The notes below the pieces were generated by a model that saw only the letters and a list, made by a program, of their open reading frames with translations, was not told the origin of the DNA and searched no databases. A stretch of DNA of 64,000 bases, taken from the IMG/VR virus record IMGVR_UViG_3300017963_000200, positions 74,639 through 138,638 of that record; one strand, given 5' to 3'. Origin of the DNA: a virus. Position numbers and translations under genes: made by a program. Numbering within the stretch: the stretch's first letter is position 1; each line of letters starts with the position of its first letter. Positions 36,356 to 47,500 of the stretch are shown here, piece by piece.

Positions 36356-36789
36356 TGTCGTGGGAACTGAAAATAGTCGAGGGGGACATCGTTCGAAATA
36401 GTGTCAACACCGGCTACGAGCAGGTAACGGGGAAGGACAAGCTCAAGCAGAACGTCGTGATGACGCTCCAGACGGCGATTCGACCGGATACCGGCATTGG
36501 GACCGGCCTCGGGAAGGTTCTCGGAGATCGCAGTGACAAAGAGCCCGATCAGGTCTACAGCACGCCGGCCATGTTCAAGTTCCAGACGTTGGTGCGCAAC
36601 GGGCTGAGCCGTCTGAAGTACAACCAACGCAACTACCTCTTCAGCCGGCGCACCCCGTCCGAGATGCTCGACGATTTCTCTCCCGTCCAGGTATGGGCGA
36701 CCGACGATCCTCGCAATTTTCGCTGGAGGGTCGATGTCTACACGATGGGAAACCTGCCCAACTTCGTGGTGGGCGGTACGATTACGTGA
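36355..36789 (+). CDS. Baseplate wedge protein, gp25/gpW-like (144 aa).
   Basis: Size about 140 aa. N-terminal pattern WELKIVEGDIVRNSVNTGYEQVTGKDKLKQNVVMTLQT typical of the GPW/gp25 family. Immediately upstream of a gpJ-sized gene. ATG 36355 overlaps the previous stop (TGATG). Confidence 0.5.
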   Translation: MSWELKIVEGDIVRNSVNTGYEQVTGKDKLKQNVVMTLQTAIRPDTGIGTGLGKVLGDRSDKEPDQVYSTPAMFKFQTLVRNGLSRLKYNQRNYLFSRRTPSEMLDDFSPVQVWATDDPRNFRWRVDVYTMGNLPNFVVGGTIT

Positions 36790-36797
36790 GGTAAGCC

Positions 36798-38228
36798 ATG
36801 ACCATTCGGAGAAGGACCGAGACGGAGTTCGCTGACCAGATTGCCGATGGGATCGCCCAGCGGGACGAGACCGTCGACACCAGGATCGGCTCGATTCGGG
36901 ACATCTTCATCACTCCGCCGTCCGTGGTGATGAAGGACATCAACGACAACATCGTCTACTTGTCGCAGCTCACGAGCTTGCAGAACGCGGAGCAGTTCGC
37001 TCCCGCCGATCTGGATGGCTTCGTCTTCAACGAGGGTCTCGTGCGGTGGGACGGTGCTCCGTCGCTCGCCATCGTCACCTTCGCGCGCATCCAGCCGCCG
37101 ACTGCCAACATTCCCATCCCGTCGAACTTCCCGTTGTCGACGGTGCAGGATCCTTCGACGGGTCAGATCACGGAGTTCAAGACCATCGAATCGGCGGTCA
37201 TGTACGGGCCTGCCACAGTGCCGGCCTCTGCGTACTACAATGCCGATACGGAGCGTTACGAGATCGATGTGGCTGTTGCCAGCGTGGTGAAAGGCGAATC
37301 GACTGCGGTGGGGGCCTACACGATCACGCAGTTCCGACGTCCCTTCCCGGATTTCGACTATGTGTACAACAAGGAGGCTACGACCAGCGGACGCGGCTTG
37401 GAGACGAATCTCGAACTCGCCCGGCGTTACCAGATGCAGGTAGAGGGCTCGCAGCTGGGGCCGGCTCGCGGTCTTCAGCGTTTCATTCTCGACAGTTTCA
37501 GCAGCTCCTTAGATGCCTACGTGGTTTACGGAGAGAACGAGAATCTGCTGCGGGAGATGTACGATGCCGGCGCGGTCGACTGCTGGATCCTCGGCGATTC
37601 GCCGGCAACCGTTTCCATGACGACCAACTATCCCGGTATCGAGACGTTGATCCCTTTGGAAAAGCAGCCGGTGGTGGAGGTCATCTCGGTTTCGGACTCG
37701 GGGACGACTTATATCGCGGGGACCGACTACGTAGTCGTGACCGGCGAGACCATCTACGCCTACAGCGACCGTGGCCAGGACGGCATCCGCTTCATTGCCG
37801 GGGGATCGGCCCCCACCTTGAACGCGGCGATCACCATCGTCTACTCGTACAACAGCCTCATCACCACGATGACGGCCTACTACCGTCAATCCGAGTACTA
37901 CGTGATGGGATCGGACGTCTTGTTCCGCTGGGCGCAGGCTCAGCAGCTGGAAATCGAGGCTAACTTGAAAGTATCTTCGGGCAATCCGGACTCGGTGCTC
38001 CAGCTGGTTCGCGAGCGTGTTTTGAACTACATCAACGGGCTCCTTCTGGGCAATAACGTCGAGGAGTTCGATATCGATGCGGAGGTTGCGCGCGTTTTCG
38101 GGGTCGATAACTGGACCTACACCACCCTCGCGGTCGAGGGTGGTACGGGAGTTGCGGACATCGAGATTCCACCGAACCAGTATGCGCGGCTGGAAGAGGC
38201 GAATCTCATCGTGAACTTGGTGTCGTAA
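36798..38228 (+). CDS. Baseplate J-like protein (476 aa).
   Basis: Size and position after the gp25-like gene. RBS GTGAGGTAAG. Confidence 0.5.
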   Translation: MTIRRRTETEFADQIADGIAQRDETVDTRIGSIRDIFITPPSVVMKDINDNIVYLSQLTSLQNAEQFAPADLDGFVFNEGLVRWDGAPSLAIVTFARIQPPTANIPIPSNFPLSTVQDPSTGQITEFKTIESAVMYGPATVPASAYYNADTERYEIDVAVASVVKGESTAVGAYTITQFRRPFPDFDYVYNKEATTSGRGLETNLELARRYQMQVEGSQLGPARGLQRFILDSFSSSLDAYVVYGENENLLREMYDAGAVDCWILGDSPATVSMTTNYPGIETLIPLEKQPVVEVISVSDSGTTYIAGTDYVVVTGETIYAYSDRGQDGIRFIAGGSAPTLNAAITIVYSYNSLITTMTAYYRQSEYYVMGSDVLFRWAQAQQLEIEANLKVSSGNPDSVLQLVRERVLNYINGLLLGNNVEEFDIDAEVARVFGVDNWTYTTLAVEGGTGVADIEIPPNQYARLEEANLIVNLVS

Positions 38229-39229
38229 TGCGATACGCGCTGTTCAAGTACGGGACCGGAGTGCTCTACGGGCCGAGCACCATGCTCGACGTGGTGGATC
38301 CGGAGCGGGGACCATCGCCGGGAGGTAACCCCTTCATTCTTAAGGGGACCGGTTTCGATCCGCGTCAATGGGATGACTTTTTCACCGGAGGTGTCCTCGA
38401 TCCGTCGAAGTGGGTCGACATCTCCTACGGCTCCGGATCCGTCAACACCGGACCGTTCCATCTGGAGATGGTGACGGGCTCGACCGCCAGCTCGGCTGCT
38501 GCAATCGAATCGGTTGCGTTGTGGGGTTCTACGCAAGGCGAGATCAGATTCAGTCTGCCCGTGATTCGAGAATACCCCGCTGACGTCGTCACGTTGATGG
38601 CGCTGTCACTCTGGGTGGGAGTCAACGATTACGCCGAGATGCGCATCGAAGTGGGGACGGAGCCGGGGACACTGGTGCTGCGTTGTGAGGTCTACCGGGG
38701 CGGCATCCTCGCCGACGAGATGATCAAGCCTCTCTCGTGGACGACTGGCACCTCGATGTTCAAGATCCTGCGCTGGAACAGTGACGTCTACTTCTACGCC
38801 AACGGAGAGCGCGTTTTCAAGAGCGTTCGGTTCACGAGCACTGCTGCGAAGTTCCGAATCTATACAACGAACGGCACGACTACCTACAACCTCCAAGGGG
38901 TCCGGGTCGAGTGGTTCTACTATCGGCCCTTCGCGGTCTTCCAGAATCAGCCGGTCCACGATACCATCGTTGTCTCGGATTTTCGGATGCGCGGTCTAGT
39001 GACGCCCAGCATGGACGACAAGCGCCAGCCGGCTGCCTATAAAGGTCTCGTGGATGTCCATGTCGTCGGCAATGGGGTATACACCAAGAGCAATGCCTAC
39101 GAGTACTACTATCTGGACGCGCTCAAGGTGATCAACAGCGCTCAGGCCGATACGAGGTTCTCGATCATCGATGACGCGCAGCTCTTCACGCCGCAAGGTG
39201 AGCAGAAGGGTCTCGGAGGAGGTAAGTGA
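38228..39229 (+). CDS. Baseplate/tail fiber-associated protein (333 aa).
   Basis: TAATG overlap. Position after the gpJ-like gene, analogous to gpI. Confidence 0.4.
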   Translation: MRYALFKYGTGVLYGPSTMLDVVDPERGPSPGGNPFILKGTGFDPRQWDDFFTGGVLDPSKWVDISYGSGSVNTGPFHLEMVTGSTASSAAAIESVALWGSTQGEIRFSLPVIREYPADVVTLMALSLWVGVNDYAEMRIEVGTEPGTLVLRCEVYRGGILADEMIKPLSWTTGTSMFKILRWNSDVYFYANGERVFKSVRFTSTAAKFRIYTTNGTTTYNLQGVRVEWFYYRPFAVFQNQPVHDTIVVSDFRMRGLVTPSMDDKRQPAAYKGLVDVHVVGNGVYTKSNAYEYYYLDALKVINSAQADTRFSIIDDAQLFTPQGEQKGLGGGK

Positions 39230-42200
39230 TGGCCCTCGAAGGTGTGAATCGCTATGCAGAGCTGATCAAGGCCATCCCGCCGGGGCCGTTCTACGATTCG
39301 CGCGGCATTGTCGTTCCGTACCGGCACGGAAACCACGAAGTGCGCCTTGAAACCGACAATCCGAATACCACTTATATCCTTTATATTGCAGGAGTTTATT
39401 CTGGTTCTGTCGTGTCGGACATCAACGGGAATGTTGTCTTCAGTCGCCATCTGGATCGTGGCGAGAACGAGATCCGACTCGTCAATTCCGAGACCAACAA
39501 TACCCTCATCAGCTACGTGACTGTGCGGGAGTACGCCCTGTGGCTCATAGCTTATGCGGAGACCTTCGAGAGCATCGACGACGACTGGAAGGAAGCCTAC
39601 GACGACATCTTCATCGAGACGGTCACCGTCAACGGCATCGAAGGTCGTTTTGGTCGCGACATCCAGACCTACAACAATATCGGGCAGTCCCTGGACGACT
39701 ATCGGTGGCTCCTTCACGAGCTGCGGTTGGCATACCGCAACTATGGGGGACGATTTCGGGGTTTCGAGACCGCTGTGGCCGAGTTTACCCAGATTCCGCA
39801 GTTCGGCTACTCGCGCCGGCTCTGGGGTCCGAACTGGACCTTGGATCAGTCGATGCTCATCAACGCCCGTTGGAAAGAACGGTCTCACGTCGTCTCTTAC
39901 AACGGAGCTGGAATTACCGGAGTCGCGCTTGACCGTGTCGAAGCAGATGTTCCTTCTGGAGTTGCGGCACGGGTCATCCAGTACGATGCCACGCTCGATT
40001 CCCTACGGTGGGGAACTTTCTTGACGCCCGGTCCTTACGTGCCGGCGAACGATGGATTGCTGTTCCTGCCAGGACCGCCCTCGACCGTACCGGCGTTCAT
40101 TCTGGGACTCGCGGGTCCTTTCGCTCTGGCAGCTGCGGAGACGACTCTCTATATCGATGACGGCACCGGGACCATTATTGTGCCGTTGGTCACGGGATGG
40201 CCGACACCGACAGCGGCACAGGTGGTCGGCGACATCAACACGGCGATGGGGTACGCCTTGGCGTCGGTCTACAACGGCAAAGTGCTCCTGGTGAATCCGG
40301 CCTCGCAGCCACTCCTGGAGATTGAACACGGCGCGAACAACGCCGCCGTCCGGATCTTCGGCGTCGAGCCGGGCAATCTGACATTCGCTCCGAACGTCAT
40401 GAACGGGGTCACCATTGTCAGTATTTCGGGATCGGTGGACGTCAACGCCAACTCCGAGATCGCCTACCGATATGATGGGTCCGTGACGCCGCCGACCAGG
40501 GAGCTACGCTGGCGCTCGCCACTCGCGGCCTGGTCGCCGTGGGTCTCGATCAGCGGAGATGGCACCTACTCGCTCATCGATGGTTTCGGCTACACCTTGA
40601 AGGTCCATTGCTACGAAGATGACATGGACGTTCTGAGCGGTCCGTGGCCCGCCACAACGTCCGTTCTCTTCTCCGTGGGGTACGGCAAGGAGGCGAGGCA
40701 GATCGAGCAGACAGGGGGACTCTGGGTGTACGTGGATCGCACCCAGCTGCCGGCCATCAACACTTTCGACTTTGTTGACGTCTTCGATGATGCTTCGACC
40801 CCGGGCGTGGCCGAGCTTCCTGATAACTGGTGGCTTGGGCTGCCGCTGCCAACGACTTCTACAGTCATTCTGGAATCCAGGGTCGTGACCGACAAGATCG
40901 ATCTCTATGATCCTTCACCGGCTTTTCGGGTGCATCTCCAAGATTCTGGTGCGCGGGTTCACGAGCTGTTTTCGAGGGTTCTTCAGTACCCGATGCCCCG
41001 ACCGGGTCCGAGGGGTCAGAACTATCCGCAGCAGAGTCCGGGCCTCTTCTACGACTACGAGGGCTTCAAGGCGAAGTTCTCCGGCTGGGTGTCCAGCACC
41101 ACGGTAGGGCCAACCACAGCCACGCTGAGCTTCTCTTTCGACAACGGGGCTACCTGGGTGTCCAGCGCGCCTTTCCCGGTCGTACAGGATACTGGGGGCT
41201 TCTGGTACGAAGATTTCACCTACATCGAGTTCGAGACCATCATCCCCGCCGGTCTCACTGACAACGGGGTCTTGGTGGCCGTCACCATCGATGACCCCGT
41301 GGGCATCGATGTGATGTTGGATAGCTTCCGTGTGGACGTCGAATACATCACCTCTCGGGTTCTGACGAGCAACACCGTCGTCAGGACGCGTCATCGGCAG
41401 TACTTCGGCGAGCTGGCGTGGACGTGGTCCGTAGATCCGCTCTCCCTCCTGGAGAAGGAGTATATCGGACTGCCCCACAAGCGCCCCGACAAGACAGTGC
41501 CGATCTCCGGCGTCACGGTCACTGACATCTCGATGGACACCGATCCGGGGAATGGCACCGTCGACTACGAGTACAACAGTCTCGGGGACATCCACCGGCT
41601 TCGTTGGAACGCTCCGAACGCTGCGTGGGGTCCGGGGCTCGGCTGGGTCTCGATCCTGAGTGCGGGAGCTTACGTGCTGCCGGCGAGCGACGGATCCTCG
41701 ATGACGACCTTGGTGGACTACGCGTTGCTGCCCGTGCTGGACGGCACTCCTCCGGGAGCCACGATTACCCGGAGCGTGACCATCACCGATACCACCATCC
41801 GGCAGGGACACGTCCGGAGGATCTCTCCGGCTCATTCGTCCATCGATATCTTCGATGTTACCGAATATAATTCGGATAATGTGCCGATCAATCTCAAGGG
41901 AGCCGTTACAGAAGGTGATTTTTCCTCCTGTACCCTCACAAATCTCGATATCCATGCGTCGAGCCCCTTCCGGTACTCGTACCTCCTCCCGAACCTGCTT
42001 CCCGTGGAGGACGAGCCGCTGACGTTCTCGGTGGCCGCTCCCTACGTGGCTCCCCTTCTCTATGATTCGGACCAGGATCAAGAATATGCCATGTTGTTCG
42101 AGGATGGGATTCTTGTTCCGAACGATCAGTGGTGGTTCAATTCCGCATCCGAAGTTCAGGTGGCTACTGCTTACTACAACTCTGGTGCCACTTACACCAT

Positions 42201-42819
42201 CAGCTACAATCCGATCTGCGTGATTGAGACGCCGTTGTTGGATCTCGGCGCTCTCACCTACCAGGACTACGTCTGGTTCGCTGACTACATGCTCTGGGAT
42301 CGGATGGAGCACAACGTCATCGGACGCATCGTGACCGTGCCGCTCTTCTTCAATCCGGACATCGGTCGCACCACGCTGGAGTACCGCTCCTCAATGGACA
42401 TGGCGGTCTCCAAGCTCTACATCGAGGACGCAGACGGACGCAGGGAGATCTCGACGGCCAACTGGAGGTTCATCGACCCGACCACGGTCGAGATGGACGC
42501 TTCCCAGTTCGTCGGAGGCGCGGTCTATTACCTGGAGCACGAGGAAATCCGGATGTATCGGCAGAGCGCCTTGACGATCACTTTCGAACACCGCTCCGGC
42601 GTAGATGCGCCGTCGTGCCTGGCAGCCGGCTGGAACACGATCCAGCGCAACGAGAACGTCGACGTGAACCAGAGTCCGGCAGGACACCTGATCCATCAGC
42701 TGCGCCTGTCGGTGAGCAACATCCGCGATCTGAGCGACTTCAAGATTCGGTCCTTGGTGCTCAAGGGCCTTCACATGTTCGGGAGCAATCCGGACATACC
42801 GGGGTTGACCAATGTATAG
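39229..42819 (+). CDS. Large tail fiber or baseplate structural protein (1197 aa).
   Basis: ATG 39229 overlaps the upstream stop (TGATG). RBS GGAGGAGGTAAG. Beta-rich. Confidence 0.45.
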   Translation: MALEGVNRYAELIKAIPPGPFYDSRGIVVPYRHGNHEVRLETDNPNTTYILYIAGVYSGSVVSDINGNVVFSRHLDRGENEIRLVNSETNNTLISYVTVREYALWLIAYAETFESIDDDWKEAYDDIFIETVTVNGIEGRFGRDIQTYNNIGQSLDDYRWLLHELRLAYRNYGGRFRGFETAVAEFTQIPQFGYSRRLWGPNWTLDQSMLINARWKERSHVVSYNGAGITGVALDRVEADVPSGVAARVIQYDATLDSLRWGTFLTPGPYVPANDGLLFLPGPPSTVPAFILGLAGPFALAAAETTLYIDDGTGTIIVPLVTGWPTPTAAQVVGDINTAMGYALASVYNGKVLLVNPASQPLLEIEHGANNAAVRIFGVEPGNLTFAPNVMNGVTIVSISGSVDVNANSEIAYRYDGSVTPPTRELRWRSPLAAWSPWVSISGDGTYSLIDGFGYTLKVHCYEDDMDVLSGPWPATTSVLFSVGYGKEARQIEQTGGLWVYVDRTQLPAINTFDFVDVFDDASTPGVAELPDNWWLGLPLPTTSTVILESRVVTDKIDLYDPSPAFRVHLQDSGARVHELFSRVLQYPMPRPGPRGQNYPQQSPGLFYDYEGFKAKFSGWVSSTTVGPTTATLSFSFDNGATWVSSAPFPVVQDTGGFWYEDFTYIEFETIIPAGLTDNGVLVAVTIDDPVGIDVMLDSFRVDVEYITSRVLTSNTVVRTRHRQYFGELAWTWSVDPLSLLEKEYIGLPHKRPDKTVPISGVTVTDISMDTDPGNGTVDYEYNSLGDIHRLRWNAPNAAWGPGLGWVSILSAGAYVLPASDGSSMTTLVDYALLPVLDGTPPGATITRSVTITDTTIRQGHVRRISPAHSSIDIFDVTEYNSDNVPINLKGAVTEGDFSSCTLTNLDIHASSPFRYSYLLPNLLPVEDEPLTFSVAAPYVAPLLYDSDQDQEYAMLFEDGILVPNDQWWFNSASEVQVATAYYNSGATYTISYNPICVIETPLLDLGALTYQDYVWFADYMLWDRMEHNVIGRIVTVPLFFNPDIGRTTLEYRSSMDMAVSKLYIEDADGRREISTANWRFIDPTTVEMDASQFVGGAVYYLEHEEIRMYRQSALTITFEHRSGVDAPSCLAAGWNTIQRNENVDVNQSPAGHLIHQLRLSVSNIRDLSDFKIRSLVLKGLHMFGSNPDIPGLTNV

Positions 42820-43087
42820 GATTACGATTGAGGTGATTTTGGTTATGTTAGCTTTCATCATCTTTTCGTCCGGCTGTCACGATGGATGTGAACCGGAAGA
42901 GATGAAGTGTGAAGGCTCCAGGGTCATGATCTGCAACGCCGAAACCGATTGGGAGGTCCACGACGACTGTGCCGACGTGGAGGACTTCGGCCAGGATCTG
43001 GAATGGGTGTGCTGCGAAGATCCGACTGACGGAATCCCGGCGTGCCTCCCGATCGAAGCCTGCGAAGAACTGGACGGAGGTGTGTGA
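42812..43087 (+). CDS. Small Cys-rich acidic putative lipoprotein (91 aa, 8 Cys after the signal peptide).
   Basis: Hydrophobic N-terminus ending ...IFSSGC (lipobox-like). Mature part very acidic with CHDGCEPEEMKCEG...WVCCEDPTDGIPAC. Confidence 0.4.
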   Translation: MYRITIEVILVMLAFIIFSSGCHDGCEPEEMKCEGSRVMICNAETDWEVHDDCADVEDFGQDLEWVCCEDPTDGIPACLPIEACEELDGGV

Positions 43088-43692
43088 TGCCGCAAGTATC
43101 TGGGGATCAGGTCCGGCTCTACTGGAAGTACATGCAGAAGCAGTACCGCTTCAAGGTGGTCGACAAAGACGACGCCGGGGAGATGCAGCTCATCGGATGG
43201 GCGCTCGACACGATGGGCATCCAGGACCAGGACTACTTTCTGCACAACTACACGACCACTGTCGGCAGCAAGATCTACATCCCCTTCGAGGTCGGCGTCG
43301 GCACCCAGAAGCAGCTCGTTGGGCAGATCATGACCTGCGCCCACGAATGCCAGCACATCGTGCAGTCGCGCCGTGATCCAATGTACGAGATCAAGTACCT
43401 CACCAGTGATGCTGCCCGGACGCTCTACGAGGTGGATGCCTACCAGGCGAACATGGAGATCCACTGGTGGTGGTATCAGAAGACTTTGAATCCGACGATT
43501 CTGGTAAACACTTTGAAGGGTTACAGCATCGATGCGCCGAACCGGCGCGTTGCCAAGAAGCGCTTCATCAGCGCGAACAAGATGATCGAGTACGGTGGCG
43601 TCACTACTGGGACGGCCATCAAGACGATCCGGTGGTGCAACCGGAACCTGAAGCCGGCCCGGTCGCGGACGGTTCGCGTGATAAAAGTGTAG
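43087..43692 (+). CDS. HExxH-motif protein (201 aa), possible zinc metallopeptidase-like domain.
   Basis: ATG 43087 (TGATG overlap). The motif CAHECQHIV contains H-E-x-x-H. No further similarity recognised. Confidence 0.35.
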   Translation: MPQVSGDQVRLYWKYMQKQYRFKVVDKDDAGEMQLIGWALDTMGIQDQDYFLHNYTTTVGSKIYIPFEVGVGTQKQLVGQIMTCAHECQHIVQSRRDPMYEIKYLTSDAARTLYEVDAYQANMEIHWWWYQKTLNPTILVNTLKGYSIDAPNRRVAKKRFISANKMIEYGGVTTGTAIKTIRWCNRNLKPARSRTVRVIKV

Positions 43693-43695
43693 GAA

Positions 43696-44568
43696 ATGAT
43701 AATTAGAGATAAAGAACGAGAAGTTCGAACCTGCACTAAGTGTATGGAAGTAAAGTCTTTTTCTGAGTTTTCTTACTCAAGAACTGGTTTTGCTAATCGA
43801 AAGAGTATGTGTAAGAATTGCATGTATGAACATCGTCGCGAATACATGAAGAATTACAAGAAAAAGAAACTCAAGACTTTTGTTGAGGTTACATCTGGAG
43901 TTAAAACATGTACGCATTGCAAAGTAGAGAAACCGGTAACTGAATTTAGAAAACTTGTTACAGTTAAGGACGGTCGTCAGAGTTGGTGTATCCGATGTAC
44001 TCAGAAGCAGAGTCATGAGCGGGATAAACGGTTGAACTTCCCCCCTCGCAAGGAAGGGGTAAAAAAGTGTTCTCGATGTGAACAAGTCAAGTCTGTACGA
44101 GAATTTAGTCCGCATAAATACCATAGGGATGGTTTAGCTTCTTGCTGTAAAAAATGTGATGGACAACGTAGTGTATGTCGCAACAGACGTGATCCGCAGT
44201 CGAGATTGGCTTCAACTTTACGGAGTCGTTTGTTGGTAGCGTTGCAGTATCGTGATGGGACGGGCTATAAAGGAGGATCTGCCGTAGCAGATTTAGGGTG
44301 TACAATTCCAGAATTGAAGAAATATTTGGAAGATCAGTTTTATCCGCATCCCCATACTGGGGAATTGATGAACTGGGATAATTGGTCTAACTCGGGATGG
44401 CAGATCGATCATATAAAGCCTCTTTCTTCTTTTGATTTATTGGATCGGGCACAATTTTTGGAGGCATCTCGGTATACAAATCTACGACCTTTATGGTTGG
44501 TAGATCATATTAGGAAAACAAAGCGGGAGCAGAAAGCTCTGAAACTTTCTGAGGAGAAAAAATCATGA
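43696..44568 (+). CDS. HNH homing endonuclease (290 aa) with three N-terminal Cys4 zinc-ribbon repeats, encoded in an AT-rich island.
   Basis: Three repeats of C-x2-C-x3-K-S/P-x3-EF-x8-12-C-x2-C. The C-terminus GWQIDHIKP...NLRPLWLVDHIRK is a canonical HNH motif. GC content is about 40% against about 60% in the flanks. Confidence 0.7.
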   Translation: MIIRDKEREVRTCTKCMEVKSFSEFSYSRTGFANRKSMCKNCMYEHRREYMKNYKKKKLKTFVEVTSGVKTCTHCKVEKPVTEFRKLVTVKDGRQSWCIRCTQKQSHERDKRLNFPPRKEGVKKCSRCEQVKSVREFSPHKYHRDGLASCCKKCDGQRSVCRNRRDPQSRLASTLRSRLLVALQYRDGTGYKGGSAVADLGCTIPELKKYLEDQFYPHPHTGELMNWDNWSNSGWQIDHIKPLSSFDLLDRAQFLEASRYTNLRPLWLVDHIRKTKREQKALKLSEEKKS

Positions 44569-47500
44569 GGGGCAGCATTTATCCGGATGGGGTCGTTGTT
44601 GACCACACGGCGCTCCGACGCACGGAAACCAGCAAGTCCGAGGAGATCCTTCGGAATCGCCTGGATTGGACATCTCGGGGGATGTACACGGGCGGCGAAG
44701 TCACGGTGAACACCAGCGGTGCTCCGCCCTATCTCCACATCGATGTCGCGCAGCTGTCCGGATTTGCCCCGAACGGTGAATTTTTGCAGACTGCCAGTGA
44801 CTACTACGACATCGCGCTCGATGACGAGACGAGCGGTGTCGTGAACCTCGTCTGCGCGGTCTACACCGAGAACGAGATCCACAGGCAGCCGCACGAGAGC
44901 GACGGAGAGACCTATCCGACCGAGGCCGAGATGGCGTGGCGCATCCGGGTCTACTCGGAGGCCAATTACGCGGCGCTCCCGGCGACCGACGACAACCTGG
45001 CCAACGATGCCAAGAATCGGATGCTCGTCGTCAGCAAAGTCACGGCCAATGGTCCGTCGACCTCCTTGACGGCGAGCAGCATCCAGAGCCCGACGTCCTA
45101 CGACAGCATCCTCTACGCGGAGCCCCGCGAGTTCACGTCGATTCCTGGGATTGCGATTCTCGGCGTCTCGTCGGACACGCCGGTCGGTGACGGCACTTTG
45201 GACTACACCTACAGTGTGGGTCCGACCTACGACTTCACCTGGACCACAACCAACGGTGTCGGCGTGACGTTGTCACCGACCGTGGACGGCATTTACAACC
45301 TCACGGACGGTGCAGGAGCCTACCTGCGAGTTCAGATCGTCATCTCGATGCTGCCGACGAGCGGCACCTTCCCGATCTCCGAGACGGTCACGATTCATAA
45401 CCTCTACTACCAGGACATCCCGCGCCTGACTGCCGAGGACGAGCTGCACCGGCACTTCATCGGGACCGGTGTCGTGACTCCCACCAACCCGCACGGGACA
45501 TCGCTGAACGATATCCTGGAGCAGGAGTTCACTCTCCTCGAAGAGCACCAGGATATCGAACACTGCAACGGCATCTGGAAGGGTTCCAGTCCCAACGTCT
45601 TCGCCACGGCGGTCAACAATGCCTCCCCAGCCGACCAGCTGCTCATCACAGCTCCGGTGGCAGGCGATCTCTACTACGTCAACGGCAAGAAGCTCAGCTC
45701 CGTCGACGTGACCACCGTCGTCTTCTCCACTCCGGCGAACCAGACGGCCTATATGTACGAGATCTATGTTTCCGACGAGGAGACGGTCCAATACCTCCAG
45801 AAGATGTCCTATCCGGCGTCTCGGACGGTGACGGGGACTTGGATCATCGACGCGAGCCACGATTATCCGTTCGGCTCGGCCATTCTGGAGGTGCAGGTCA
45901 CCAACACGCCGTCGCTGCGGTACATCTTCAGGTGGGACAACGGGGATCAGGTCACGCTGCTGAGCACGAATCCGTCCCAGGTCATCAGGCTCTATGCCGA
46001 GGATGGAGAGCACTGGATCGATCTGTACGTGAACATGACGCCGGGCTCTGGCGACGAGTTCCTGCCCGGACTCGGTACTTTCACCGATTCAATCACCATC
46101 GCGGCCTCTCTGGATTTCGACCAGCACATCCAGATCGCGTCGACTCCGTACTGGTACGATGGTGCCTCCGCGACCTGGGTCATGGGCTACCCTCCGACGA
46201 CGTGGCCGGGCCGTGTGACTGTCGATAAGCGTCCGTGGGGCACCTTGTGCTTCGAGAATATGGCCGACACGGCCCTGGAGCAGATTGCCTGGGATCCCAA
46301 CAACGAGCTGGGGCGCTCCGGGGTTCTGCTGCGGCGTAACGGCTACAACAACGAGTTCCGGCTGGACTACGGAGGCAGCGGCCTCAACGCTGACATCAAC
46401 GGAGGATCCTACTACTGCCGGGGACGCCGCATCAGCATCGATTCGGTATCGAGCCTCGCGTTCTCCACCAACTCCACGTCGCTCGTCTGGGCCGACTACG
46501 AGGGGACGGTTCGAGTGCTGAACGTGAATGCTCTTTTCGCGGGGGATCTGACGGCGGCGATGCACTACATCCTCGGCTCGATGACCGATGTGCCGACCAA
46601 GAGCGCGATCTATCACGCCACCGACCTTCACGACGCTCCGGAGCGGGGCGTGATCCTCTGGTATGTCGAAACAGATGCCACCAACATCATCTACAACTGC
46701 GACTTCTCCCAGAATGTCAATCAGGTGCTCCACCCGTGGTCGGTCAGCTCGCGGAACGTCGGTTTCTATCCGGCGCAGGCAGCCTACGATTCGTTGTTCA
46801 CCGCCTTCGAGTACGCGAAGGTCTCCGGTCTCAAGGATCCGTACAGGGATGCGGCGGTCACCATCTACGTGACCGGGATGTGCGGCATCAACCGGGAGAT
46901 CACGCAGCCGCCCAATGTGAACGTCTGCGGCACGCGAGGCGCAGCCCTGACCCTCGCCAGGGTGGAAGTGGTCCACGTCGACATTACAGGAGCTTGGAAG
47001 CTCTCTTCCGGTTGCCAGATCTCCGGCCTCACCATCGACATGTACGCGAACAACGGGACCGTCTTCGCGCTGCACAACAACACCATCGTCGAGAAGTGCA
47101 ACTACACGGCGTTCGGTACGACCAATGACGCCATGTTCGCCCTCGACAACGGCGAGCGCACCATCGTGGGGGTCCGGATCCGTGACAACCTGATCGCCAC
47201 CTACAGCGGAATGTTCTTGAACGTCGCGCCCGTCCCGGACGGCTACATCGATTGGGAGATCATCGGCAACAATGTCGTGGTCGCCGCCAACTCGAACTAT
47301 CCCGTGATCAACCTCGACAGCGCATCGGCGATCCACATCAAGCGCAACAACATCGCGATCTTGAACGCCGGTTCGAACCCTACTCCCGGAATCTATGTCC
47401 AGACGAGCGGCACCTACCAGACGCGGGAGATCTTCATCGAGGACAACGTCATCAAAGCCGACTGCACGAGTCTCTCGAACACACCGACCTGCGTCTACTT

